DNA of 64,000 nt from an uncultured Ignavibacteria bacterium (GTDB lineage Bacteria; Bacteroidota; Ignavibacteria; Tepidaquicellales; Tepidaquicellaceae). The notes beneath the pieces are model-generated. The model worked only from the letters and a program-made list of their open reading frames with translations. It searched no databases and was not told where the DNA came from. The stretch is from positions 71,781 to 135,780 of the forward strand of contig CALMST010000252.1 in NCBI GenBank assembly GCA_937872315.1, read 5' to 3'. Both the position numbers and the translations under genes were made by a program. Shown here one piece after another: positions 12,901-19,600 of the stretch. How positions within the stretch are numbered: the first letter of the stretch is position 1; every line of letters begins with the position of its first letter.

Positions 12901-13636
12901 CTCTGACCATGTGATCATTTGAAAGATCAAATGGTTTGTTGATCAATTGCCGGATATATCTTTTTAATCCCGCAGGATCATCTTTAAATATTGTCCCGTT
13001 TGATTCGTTTAATTTCCATACTGTATTTTCATTTATCTTCTGATAAGATTTTCCGTCAATTTCAAAATATACAGTCCTCAGTATTTCATGTCTTCTGATT
13101 ATTTCATTTAAAGTATTAACTAAAGCTTCTTTATTGAGTTTTCCGTTTAACTTAAACACAGCCGGTAAATGGTATTGCAAACTTCCTTCAAGCTTATCTA
13201 TAAAAAGTAATCTTTCCTGACTGAATGATAACGGAATTTCTTCAGGCCTTTTTCTGACTGAAACGGAAATGTCAGATTTTTCTTCAGACTTATTTTCCTT
13301 TTTCTTATCTATTAATCCGGCTAACTGAGAGATAGTTGGTTTTAAAAAAATTTCACTTGTCTCAAGCTCTACAGAAAAATGTGAAGAGATGCGTGACAGC
13401 AGCTGAATAGCTTTAATACTGTTTCCGCCTGACATAAAGAAATCATCGCCCGTACCGAAATCACCATGACCAAGCAAGTTCTTCCAGTATTCAAACAGAA
13501 CTTTTTCAGTCTCACTTACTGGAGCGATAAAATTACTGCTGTCAGAACTGACAGTTTTCTTATCTTTGGTATTTAGTAAATTAAGAAGGTCTTTACCTGT
13601 TTTGCCTTTTAATGTATTTGATTGTTTTTTCTTCAA
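1..13636 (-). CDS. Non-ribosomal peptide synthetase, at least 4545 codons in window, C-terminus beyond position 1; domain order T-C-A-T-E-C-A-T-C-A-T-C-A(partial)
   Basis: Hand translation of the reverse frame (codon first bases at coordinates = 1 mod 3) is open from TTG 13636 to the window edge. Carrier-Ser motifs: GGNS (Ser 13418-13420), GGDSI (10262-10264), GGHSL (5669-5671 and 2498-2500). HHxxxDG motifs: HHIASDGWS (~12826-12851), HHLAVDGVSW (9677-9706), HHLLFDGWS (8243-8272), HHISSDGWS (~5088-5116), HHIASDGWS (1911-1938). A-domain cores: YTSGSTGKPKG (~11394-11440), FTSGTTGRPKG (~6819-6862), YTSGSTGRPKG (~3655-3695), YTSGSTGKPKG (~461-521). The last readable residues, FTSRGIRVVNAYGPTETTVCATLTDDPVREHNVVTIGKP, span 118-2. 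The ORF is missing from the supplied track because no stop codon lies inside the window. Confidence 0.9.
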   Translation of the reverse strand, partial: MKKKQSNTLKGKTGKDLLNLLNTKDKKTVSSDSSNFIAPVSETEKVLFEYWKNLLGHGDFGTGDDFFMSGGNSIKAIQLLSRISSHFSVELETSEIFLKPTISQLAGLIDKKKENKSEEKSDISVSVRKRPEEIPLSFSQERLLFIDKLEGSLQYHLPAVFKLNGKLNKEALVNTLNEIIRRHEILRTVYFEIDGKSYQKINENTVWKLNESNGTIFKDDPAGLKRYIRQLINKPFDLSNDHMVRADLINTGTDENILIITLHHIASDGWSVSIFAEEFLELYSSFIENRKSILPELNIQYADHAIWQRENIRDEILNNKLEFWKNELQGVEPLELPTDLPRPNSQSIRGASVKFEIKKELRDKLVVLGNENNATLFMTLLSAFNVLLYRYTGQEDICAGTPVAGRHKQEFEKLIGFFINTLALRNEVKGNIPFTEFLKEVRSNSLKAFGHQEVPFEKVVEATVKERILNRSPLFQVMFILHNTPEAEALKLNDLEIEREDLIPDTSMYEITFNITETESELKCEIIYCTELFNEKTILRMADHYSELLNSIARSPEEKIDSLSILTEDENIQLDAFAGTNAEFPKEKSIIEIIEERTENTPDKAALIYEDQSLTYPELNEKSNQIANYLISRGIKNETLVPICIERGFDMIAGILGILKAGAAYVPIDPQYPEDRKKFIIEDTGAEFILSSKKCRSKLPAEYSDRATELDTDQEIKSHSKENVKVNIDQKNLAYIIYTSGSTGKPKGVMIEHGTVVNLIFAQTKYFGISEDERILQFANFSFDASVEQIFLALFNAVPLVLIPDGLQLNKELFEKFLVDQKITHLHATPSFLENVKPENHIYFKRVIAGGDVCKPELADYWKNTTVFYNEYGPTETTVTAIEFNASENKFYGNSLPIGKPLSNVKVYILDKAGNRVPVGVNGELYLGGDCLARGYLNSPELTKESFIKNPFSKDIDSTLYKTGDICRWLDDGNIEYKGRIDDQVKIRGFRIELGEIESVIQESGAVKQSVVVASETSSGGKRLIGYIVPEGKFDKERIIAYLGRKLPEYMIPAIFVDMVSLPLNKNGKVDRKALPDPDLSELLTNEHEEPRNEIEISIAGIWKELLNLDKVGINDNFFELGGDSIITIQVVSRARRAGIEMKPADIFIYQTIRKLSSAIETRSKDIYTGEQGLLSGIAGLLPVQQAYFERAGENKSHFNQSILLSIDKSITQEMLGKAVEQLTSYHDALRFEYRKNENEWIQRYGTANGILLTADLRNSRADKKELEDLIKEHAENYQKSLDIEKGELARFVLVLTPEEELNNRIFIIIHHLAVDGVSWRILLGDLEMILENYRNGIEPELGEKGSSYRQWYQALAEFGKSKRLQSQENYWKQIQDSYKQIKVDKEYSAELIAKDIELKTVELDQTKTRHLLKDVPGIYHTDINDILLCALAMTLCSRENSGQIVIGMEGHGREEISDRIDISRTVGWFTSIYPVLLNADSEKNISDHIKSVKEQIRRIPGKGLGYGVLKYINKNGNFEDSITPEILYNYLGQLDNVTGESNIFSGTPAAAGTDISPEQKVREKLTINAIIKDDKLVLNWNYSTKHFEFDTINKLTSDYSENLNTIITHCLGVKNSDLIFTPSDFGLGSEISYEELDGFLDEKYGDTTRRNNIESIYRLSGLQEGMLFHALYDTDGGAYIEQLSCDLKDPDIELIRKSWNQLIVNHSSLRSGFYNDVFRIPVQVVYRDVEMPVILKDLSGMGSEEQRLTIEGISEKNRLNGFSLSSVPLMNIVLLKLDESNYKMIWTSHHLLFDGWSLAILMEEFLKTYEDLTGSDENIKTDSDNYLDYIRFLERKDKDEQLIYWKDYMQGIEQSTLLPFSGITTQRTKGVGDYDTFNLILNEETKDRAESYAQKNRLTLNTLLQGVWSYLLHRYTGNEDVAFGVIVSGRPDELPGIEKKVGLYINTLPLHSRLLQKDKAETINWLQEIQSKQVESAKYQYTPLQEIQNQTGISGDLFDSIIVFENYPLNELIRSKNWKLKVDNVMMKEQSNYPLSLLINNSDQININFIYNENVFNREYINEISKHFENVLQQIISNEKKSINDIYILSESDEKKLLSEFNDTEAEYPVDKSAVELFEEQVLKTPESIAVVYENESITYKELDDRASKLANHLIGKGINPGDKIGLLSYRCIEMMTGIFGILKAGCSYVPFNTDYPAERIQFITEDCGIKNIVYTDKNLLEKSGLKEFSFYDFINIEDSESASDKTPGIKAKIDSCIYVMFTSGTTGRPKGIAVSHRNVIKLVYDTGGIAIREGDRVLQWSNYSFDGSTYDIYGSLLTGASLHLIKDEWASDGDELARVMTEQKISVVFMTTALFNTIVDINAEAFRSLRKILFGGEMVSLSHVNRALDVVGDNVIMHVYGPTETTTYATSYTVNEKRNEGTVPIGKPLSNTQLYVLDTSGKLVPVGVGGELHIGGDGVSMGYISNEELTKEKFIPNPFSNDPDSKIYKTGDLCRWTAEGNIEYLGRIDDQVKIRGYRIELSEIESVLFEIESVSNAVILAKEDKAGTKKLVAYVVPEDGFNFNKEEIISQLRHKLPDYMIPALWVEMESLPLNTSGKINKKALPDIDASELLRNEYIAPRNETEEKLAAIWKDLLNIEQAGINDNFFELGGHSLLAIRLISAIRREFNSEISIKDIFYYPTITELADLILKGNSFSVLPPIKADDRPEHIPLSFSQERLWFIDRLEGTVQYHIPAVFRLKGDINKTALSKALQSIIERHEVLRTVIYEKNGTGYQKILNSNKWGLHEMDGAEFKNDAAGLQSYIQDLINKPFDLLSDFMLRADLINVDENESVLVVTMHHISSDGWSLSVIVNELSELYKAYCENREANLLPLQIQYADFSIWQKKYLTDEVLDKKLEYWKSKLTGAEPLQLPADFIRPAVQSIRGASFEFKISKELTDKLEQLSKQNGATLYMTLLAAFNILLYRYSGQKDISVGSPVAGRQQKEAEHLIGFFVNTLVLRNEIENSFTFTDLLEQVKINTFGAFENQEVPFEKIVEAVVKQRDVSRSPLFQIMFILQNAPEVPEIDLNKLVLEKEEFVNNISKFDISVSMTETPEGLIGSADYCTDLFKENTIAIMMTHFKELLNSVAEDPENKIGSLPMLTKQEEHQILSDFNGKEVDYPKDKTIFELFEDQVKKTPDSIAVVFEDEKLTFKELDEKSNQLAHYLHSKGVKIETLVPICLERSLEMIIGLFGIMKSGGAYVPVDPEYPQERINFLLEDTSASIVVSKKESSSRFIFPVNTELVNIDSDWSEIEKFSKEKVDTVINSTNLAYVIYTSGSTGRPKGVMNEHRGVVNRLLWGRDYFNLTSEDSILQKTTYCFDVSVWELFSFLISGARLVFARPGGEKDTSYLKSVIDKEKITMIHFVPSMLEIYLNDIERGDNTGLKYVVCSGEALKPSHAELFKEKFEKTELHNLYGPTEAAIEVTYWELPRDGKKIEIVPIGKAISNTSMYILNNEDELVPVGGIGQLHIGGVQVARGYLNRPELTKEKFVKDPFSKIPGSRIYRTGDLSRWLPDGNIEYAGRMDDQVKIRGFRIELGEIESVLMQSGLVQQTVMLAPEDASGSRRLVAYVTTSGDFKKEEAISYLQSKLPQYMVPAVWVEMESFPLNQSGKINKKLLPKPADTEYASNEYIAPRNITEEKLAEIWKELLHADRIGIKDNFFDLGGHSLLAMRVISSVRKELGYELSIKDFFIQPTVEELARLLEKNSDSKVYKLPIAKIKERPEFIPLSFSQERIWFIDKLEGSIQYHMPAVLRIKGNVDTEALESTFKNIVNRHEILRTVIKEHEGKAYQYVNEKDGFELEFIDGTKYNGHQTALKNYIQELINVPFDLAADNMLRGHLIKLNDDEQILVLTMHHIASDGWSISVIVKELVEFYKAHEEKRDPDLNPLEIQFADYSIWQREYLQGEVLDNKLDYWKEKLYGVEPLQLPVDFARPAVQSKKGANANFSIDKNLTDSLLKFSRQNDVTLFMTLLSAYNVLLYRYSGQEDFTVGSPVAGRQQAETEDMIGFFINTVAMRSEINGELPFRDFLHKVRSTTLEAYEHQDVPFEKIVDAVVKQRDMSRSPLFQVSFMLQNTPEVPELKLGDAILNVEEFSNNISKIDITFSLTETPEGIEGNVEYCTDLYTEETILRMTSHFKEILVSVLKSPDQKIGTLNMITEKESRQLLIEFNDNERNYPKEKTIADIVEEYGKQIPESIALEYENEKVSYIELNERSNQFAHYLKEKGVKTETFVPICIDRSIEMIIAIFGILKAGAAYVPIDPEYPEERMLFMLEDINANLLITSRKTFDNGLRLPELNSVEIIEIDSEKSEISKHSKENLQKDITPENLAYVIYTSGSTGKPKGVMIEHKGVVNLSLSQEELLWLKPGMKTLQFASSGFDASCYDIFNTLLSRGCLVLCNKEDILSADKFQYLINEYGIELATLPSSFQQTIRDMTAEMPSIKTIVSAGEALNIETAETFTSRGIRVVNAYGPTETTVCATLTDDPVREHNVVTIGKP
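1040..2340 (-). other. NRPS domain: condensation domain C4
   Basis: IPLSFSQERIWFIDKLEG (2281-2338) and HHIASDGWS (1911-1938). Confidence 0.85.
2420..2590 (-). other. NRPS domain: carrier domain T3
   Basis: FFDLGGHSLLAMRV, Ser codon 2498-2500. Confidence 0.85.
2690..4150 (-). other. NRPS domain: adenylation domain A3 (hand-derived code DVWHVSLIEK, Ser-like)
   Basis: Verified motifs: YTSGSTGRPKG (~3655-3695), YCFDVSVWELF (~3525-3570), KITMIHFVPSML, YVVCSGEA, NLYGPTEAAIEVTYW and SGKINKKLLP (~2641-2690). Confidence 0.8.
4210..5510 (-). other. NRPS domain: condensation domain C3
   Basis: PLSFSQERLWFIDRLEG (~5461-5510) and HHISSDGWS (~5088-5116). Confidence 0.85.
5590..5760 (-). other. NRPS domain: carrier domain T2
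   Basis: FFELGGHSLLAIRL, Ser codon 5669-5671. Confidence 0.85.
5850..7330 (-). other. NRPS domain: adenylation domain A2 (hand-derived code DGYFLGVTYK, no match I recognise)
   Basis: Verified motifs: VMFTSGTTGRPKG (~6819-6862), SFDGSTYDIYG (~6690-6735), ISVVFMTTALFN, KILFGGEMVS, HVYGPTETTTYATSY, GELHIGGDGVSMGY and SGKINKKALP (~5821-5858). Confidence 0.8.
7400..8690 (-). other. NRPS domain: condensation domain C2 (DCL-like)
   Basis: YRLSGLQEGMLFHALY (~8641-8680) and SHHLLFDGWS (8243-8272). Confidence 0.8.
8790..10140 (-). other. NRPS domain: epimerization (E) domain
   Basis: HHLAVDGVSWRILLGDL (9677-9706). It follows a GGDSI carrier and precedes a C domain with DCL-type motifs. Confidence 0.8.
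10180..10350 (-). other. NRPS domain: carrier domain T1, GGDSI type (the type usually found upstream of E domains)
   Basis: FFELGGDSIITIQVV, Ser codon 10262-10264. Confidence 0.85.
10420..11900 (-). other. NRPS domain: adenylation domain A1 (hand-derived code DAEHIGEVTK, identical to the A domain of the upstream NRPS)
   Basis: Verified by codon-level translation: FDASVEQIF (~11255-11300), QKITHLHATPSFLEN (~11115-11160), RVIAGGDVC (~11075-11100), NEYGPTETTVTAIEF (~10985-11035) and NGKVDRKALP (10403-10462). Confidence 0.85.
11950..13250 (-). other. NRPS domain: condensation domain C1
   Basis: IPLSFSQERLLFIDKLEG (13203-13260) and HHIASDGWS (~12826-12851). Confidence 0.85.
13330..13530 (-). other. 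NRPS domain: N-terminal carrier domain T0 (GGNS type) of the second NRPS
   Basis: ETEKVLFEYWKNLLGHGDFGTGDDFFMSGGNSIKAIQLLSRI, Ser codon 13418-13420. It is preceded only by a ~36-aa Lys-rich segment. Confidence 0.85.
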
Positions 13637-13642
13637 TATGTT

Positions 13643-16600
13643 TTAAACCGCGGTTTCCTCTGTTAGTTTTATGTTTTTACTGTGAGCGTTAGTCTTTGTA
13701 TCAATATTCCATTCTGAATTTGCCAGAAATTCCTGAAATGGTTTATTCTTTTGAGTAGGCTGAAAATAAAGTTTAATTTCGCCTAAACCTTTTTCTACAC
13801 AATAGCTTTCAAGCTCTGATAAGATAGTTCCTTCCACATTCCTGCCAAGTACTCTGCAGCTTAATAGAAATGTGTCTATTTCAAGAATGTTACCGTTAAC
13901 TTTTCCCATAACCAAACCGACTATACCGTATTCTCCGAATCTGTCCTTTACATCAACAATCCTGCAAATGGAATTTTCATCACCGGTATATCTTTTAACT
14001 TCTTCAGGAGTTTTTCTGACTCCGTTAAGATTAAACTGATTGGTTCTTAATGTTAACTGAACCGCTCTTTCAAGATCTTTTGGTCCCGGAGCTTTCATAT
14101 CCACTTTTATCTCAAGTGATTTCAGAAAATCATCAAGTGTACCGAAGTTTTCTTCTTCAGATTTTCTCTGCTTTTCGACTTTGTACATCTCATTTCTTTT
14201 TCTGTCCTCATCTGTGATCCGGAAATAATCAAAAGCCCAGATATGATTAAGAAATTCTGAAAAACTTTCATCTTCACCGGGTAATGTCAAAGATAAAACA
14301 TCGGGACAATTCTGTGTCATCTGGTCAGTCTCAAATTCATTGTCATCTACAAAAATAAAGCTGTTTATTCCCAGATTTAATTCCTTTGCTATTGATACCA
14401 GGTTTTGAGGTTTCGGCTCCCAGTTAATCCTGTGTGCCGCAATGTGTTCACGTTTTAATTTCATTCCGGGATGTTTGTCAAATACTTCCCAGACATCATC
14501 TTCATTATTCTTGCTGCTTAAAACTAATAAGAATCCTTCGTTATATTTTTCTATAAAAAATTCCTGCAGCTCAGAATAATTCTCATCTATTTCTACATTA
14601 AGTGCTCCCACTTCCCCGCAGATTCCTTTCCATAATGTATTGTCACAGTCTAGAGCTATAACTTTATATGAAGGATTCATAAACGCACTTACCTTTCTTG
14701 TCATGTATGTTCCGAGTGCCGCATAAAATTCCGGAGTAAATGGCATATGACCGAGCTCATCCGTTTTCGGATCATAAACATCTTCGACATCATACAGTTC
14801 TTTAATAACATTAACATCTATGAATTGTACAGAAGATATCCTGTTGAGAAATAATTCAAGCTCTTTATTTATTTTATCTAAATGATCAACGGTTTCCTTC
14901 TCAAAATCTTTATCAGTTATTGAATTTACCGGAACGATCATTACTAAAAACGGTATGTATATTTTTTCAACGGCATTTTTTAAAATTTCCAGAAATTCTT
15001 TAAACGTTTTGTCCAAAAATTCTATCTGCTCTGATGCATTGTCAGCTTTTTTATCTCTCAGCCAATCTTCCGTTCTGATGAATAAAAAATTAATTCCTTT
15101 GTCACTGTACAATAAACTTCCGGGATTCATCAGCTGCTGAAACACCTGATTGTATGGTGCAATATCAATTTTAATTTTTATGCCGATCTCATTGCTCCAG
15201 TATTCCATGTATTCTTTTACCGGCTCTGTCACAAATGATGAGCAAACATTTACGGGCATTGAGGCCACAGTTGATTTTTCCTGAACTGATTCTTTATTTA
15301 TATTAATTTCCGTCTCCATCTTTTTATTTTCATTACTCCACTTTATATATTCTGATAAATAATTATCCGGTTTACTGACAGCATTTTCAAGAAGTCCGAT
15401 ATAATCATCCAGAAATTCTTTCATTCTTTTCTCCGAATATAACCTTGTATTGTAACTTAAATGTAAATTAATTCTTAAATCATCCGGTACAGCATCCAGT
15501 TTAAAATCCAGAACTGACTGAAACAGATCTTCATTTCCTGATCCGTAAGATTTTAATTCTATAACTTCATTATGTGTTTTATCCGTTTCGGAATTGGATT
15601 TCATTTCCGATAAATTATCAATGATCTGAAAATTCATCATTGTATCAAAAAAAGGATTCCTTGAGACATCCCTCTTTTTTATAATATCCTCAACCATTAG
15701 ATCGAAAGGGTAATCCTGATTATTGAAAGCTCCTACTATATCATTTCTGCATTTGCCTATAAACTCGGATAATTTTAAATGCTTCTCAGGCGAAATTCTG
15801 ACCGGTAGAAAGTTTATGAATACTCCTACAAGATCTTCAAGATCAGGATGACTTCTCCCTGAGCTCACTGTTCCGATAACAACATCTTCCTGACCGCTTC
15901 CCGCGGCTACGGATAGTCCGTAAAGGATCATCATTAAATTATTCAGGGAAACATTATTTCTGACTGCCATCATCTGAAGCTCTGAGGTCAATTTCTCAGA
16001 AACTATCCCGCTGATTTTATTCCCTGAATATGAAAGAACTTCCGGTCTTTCATTATCCGCCGGAAAATCCAAAAGAGGAATACCGTTTTTATAAACTTCC
16101 TTCCAGTATTTCCCCTGCTCCTCAAAAGTTGATTTATGCCATTCGGCATAATCTTTATATTGTATCGGAAGAGGCTTAATATCATTTTCTTCTTTAAGAC
16201 AGCAAGAATTATAAAAGCTTAAAAAATCATTTATCAAAATTTCTTTCGACCAGCCGTCACTGATTATATGATGAATATTGAAAAGTACAATATGTTTTTC
16301 TACGGATATTTTAAATAAATAAATTCTTATGAGCGGACCTGTTTTAAGATCAAACGCTTTTTTTATATCTTCTTCTCTGTATTCTTTTATTATTGCATCA
16401 GCGTTTTCTGAACCGGTAAGATCTTTCTCAAATATTTCAAACCCTGTGCTTTCATAAGATAGTATTTTCTGATACGGCTCGCCTCTGTTTTCAATAAAAA
16501 CTGTTCTGAGTATTTCATGCTTCTTCACTACTTCTTCAAATGCCGATCTGAAAGCATCGGGATTTAATTTACCTTTTATCTCAAACAGATTTGAAACATT

Positions 16601-19600
16601 GTATGCTTCAGATCCATCTTTGAATTTACTAAGTATCCAGAATCTCTTCTGAGCATGTGACAATTCATAAAGATCCTTTTCCGGTTGTTTTTTAATATCT
16701 GGAAACTGGGTACTCTTTTCAATTTCAAGTGCTTTTGAAAGTCTGTAAATAGTGGGATTTGAAAATATTGTCCCGATGTCAGTTCTGACATTCAACACCT
16801 TATTGATCCTTGAAGAGAGTCTGACTGCATTTAGACTATGACCTCCTAGTTCAAAGAAATTATCATTAATTCCTACCTTTTCAATTTTTAGAATTTCTTT
16901 CCAGAGTTCAGATAATTTTACTTCAATTTCTGTTTCCGCTTCCTGATATTCGGCATTTACTGTTTCACTGATCTGGGGATCCGGAAATGCTTTCCTGTCA
17001 ATTTTACCGTTGGATGTTACAGGAAATGATCCCATTTCAACCCAGACAGCCGGGATCATATATTCCGGTAATTTTTTTGCAAGGAAATTTCTGATCCTGT
17101 CACTTTCATATCCATGCTCAGGTATTACATAAGCAACTAATCTGTTATTTCCGCTGCTGTCAGTACCGGATAACACCACTGAATTTTTTACAAGCCCTGA
17201 ATCAAGTATCACTGCTTCAATTTCGCCAAGCTCTATTCTGTAACCGCGGATCTTTACCTGATCATCTATTCTCCCAAGAAACTCTATATTTCCGTCTGTC
17301 ATCCATCTTCCCAGATCACCTGTTCTGTACATTAACTCTTTTCCGGATTTTATAAACGGATTATTTACAAACTTTTCCTCAGTTATCTCAGGCAGATTCA
17401 AATAACCTCTAGCAAGACAATTCCCCGATATGCATATCTCACCGGAGACTCCGACCGGACAGATCTCATTATAGTTGTCAGCTATATATACACGAATATC
17501 GGATAGTGGTTTTCCGATCGGTAAAGTTAAATTACTGAAAGTTTTCCGGTCATTTCTTACCTGATATTCTATAGCTGTAACTGTAGTTTCAGTCGGACCA
17601 TATTCATTATAAAAATTAACTTTATCTTTCCAGTTATCACTTAATTCATGTTTGCAAACATCCCCGCCTGCTATGACCCTTTTAAGATCAGGGAAATTGC
17701 TGCTATCCGGAACAATGTTTTCAAGAAATGCCGGAGTTGCATGAAGATGAGTTATTTTTTTCTCAATTAAATATTCATTGAATTTTTCCTGATCCAGCTG
17801 AAGTCCTTCACGAAATAAAACTAAAGTTGCACCATTGGTCAAAGCCAGAAATATCTGTTCGACAGATGCATCAAAACTGTAATTTGAAAACTGCAATATT
17901 CTGTCAGCAGAAGTAATATTAAAATATTCACTTTGTGCTCTGACAAGATTTACTACGGTTTTATTTTCTATGATAACACCTTTTGGTTTACCTGTCGAAC
18001 CGGAAGTGTATATCACATATGCCGCATTTTCAGATTTCAGATCTGTCTTTGGATTATCTGATGATTGATTTTTCAGTTTCAAAATTGTTTCAGGATCATC
18101 AAGAATTATATTTTCTATGTTTCCATTATCGTGTAATTTCAATGAACTCTTACTGCTGCTTAAAATAATACTCGCATCTGTATCCTGAAGCATGTAACTG
18201 ATCCTGTCTGCCGGATACTCCGGATCAATCGGGACATAAACACCGCCAGCCTTGAGAATTCCAATAATTCCAATTATCATATCCAGACTTCTTTCAATAA
18301 TTATCGGTACAAGTTTTTCATTTTTTACACCTTTTAAAAGTAAATAATTTGCCAGTCTGTTGGAGCGGGTATTGAGTTCCTGATATGACAGCTCTTCGTC
18401 ATGAAAGATGAGAGCTGGATTATCAGGTGAGTTCTTAACCTGATCAGGTATAAGGTCTGTAAGTAAAACGGAATTGAATTCCGTTTTACCCAACAAAACT
18501 GTCCCGTTGAATCCCTCAAGTAAATTCTCCTCTTCCGGCGGAATAATTCTTACTCTTTTCAATTCCGATGAAAAATTTTCCTTTAATTGCTTTATAACAA
18601 ACAATATTCTTTTTACAAAAAGCTCTGCTTCAGTTTCATTAAAATATTCCCTGCTATATTTGACAATAAACTGAACGGGATTTTCTTTTCCGTAATCCCT
18701 CCAGTATAACTGCAGAGGACCTGTATCATAATCACTTTCCAGTCTTATTACTTCTGATTTTATTTCACTTCCAAAATCAGGTGAAAAATTCAAAGGCTCA
18801 TAATTTAAACTGACCTCAAATAAATTTTCCTTTTGTATATCTCCTGATGACTTATCCTTTAGATTTCTTTTGATCTCACTTAAAGGATAATTCTGATGCC
18901 GGTAATCGCTTCTCTGTGCCTGCTTGATGAAATGCAGAATATCTTTTACTGTCTGATCTCCTTCATATACTCCCCTGAATGGCAATACTCCGCTGAACAT
19001 TCCTACTGTATTTCGTAATACCTTCGAACCTCTTTTATGTACCGGTACACCAATAACAGGTTCTTTCACCTTTGAAGTCTTTCCAAAATAAATTAATAAA
19101 GCTGCTAAGATCAATTGCTGAATTCCGGAATCAGTTGTCTTCTCAATTTCTGACAACTCAGCTTTTTCTTCTTCCCGTATATTTAAAACATATTTTCCAA
19201 TATCAATCACTGACTTATCTTTCCTGATATACTTTCTCTGTAATAAAGGTTCAGATCTGTGACTTATCTTTTCCTTCCAGTATTTCTCATCATTACTGTA
19301 TGTTCCGGAATTTAAATATTCACCGGACTTTGAGATCTCTTCCAGATATGAAGGATAATTAAATTCATCTTCACCACCTTCTGTTAATGATTTATATTTT
19401 TGTGCTACATATTGAATGAAAACTATAAAACCAAAACCATCAGTGATCAAATGATGATATCTTCCGAAAAACCAATGTTCTTTATCAGATATTTTTAAAA
19501 GAGAATGTTCATATAAAGGATTTTCCTTTTTCAATATAAAAGGTGTATTGAATCTGTTTTGCATCCATCGAATAGCATCTTGTTCACTATCTTTCTTTCC

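Noticed and set aside
13643-13645. The idea that the in-frame TAA between the two NRPS ORFs reflects a reassigned stop codon (alternative genetic code).
   Set aside because: TAA terminates other well-supported genes at their expected lengths in this window (for example clpC at 48488 and fabH at 49496). Genome-wide recoding is therefore not supported. A TTG restart or a local nonsense/read-through event remains the explanation to test.
14955-18674. Small ORFs nested in or antisense to the 2074-aa NRPS gene (14955-15140, 16003-16185, 16576-16791, 17983-18168, 18334-18519, 18474-18674).
   Set aside because: They are wholly contained in a strongly supported CDS and have no motifs or independent signals.
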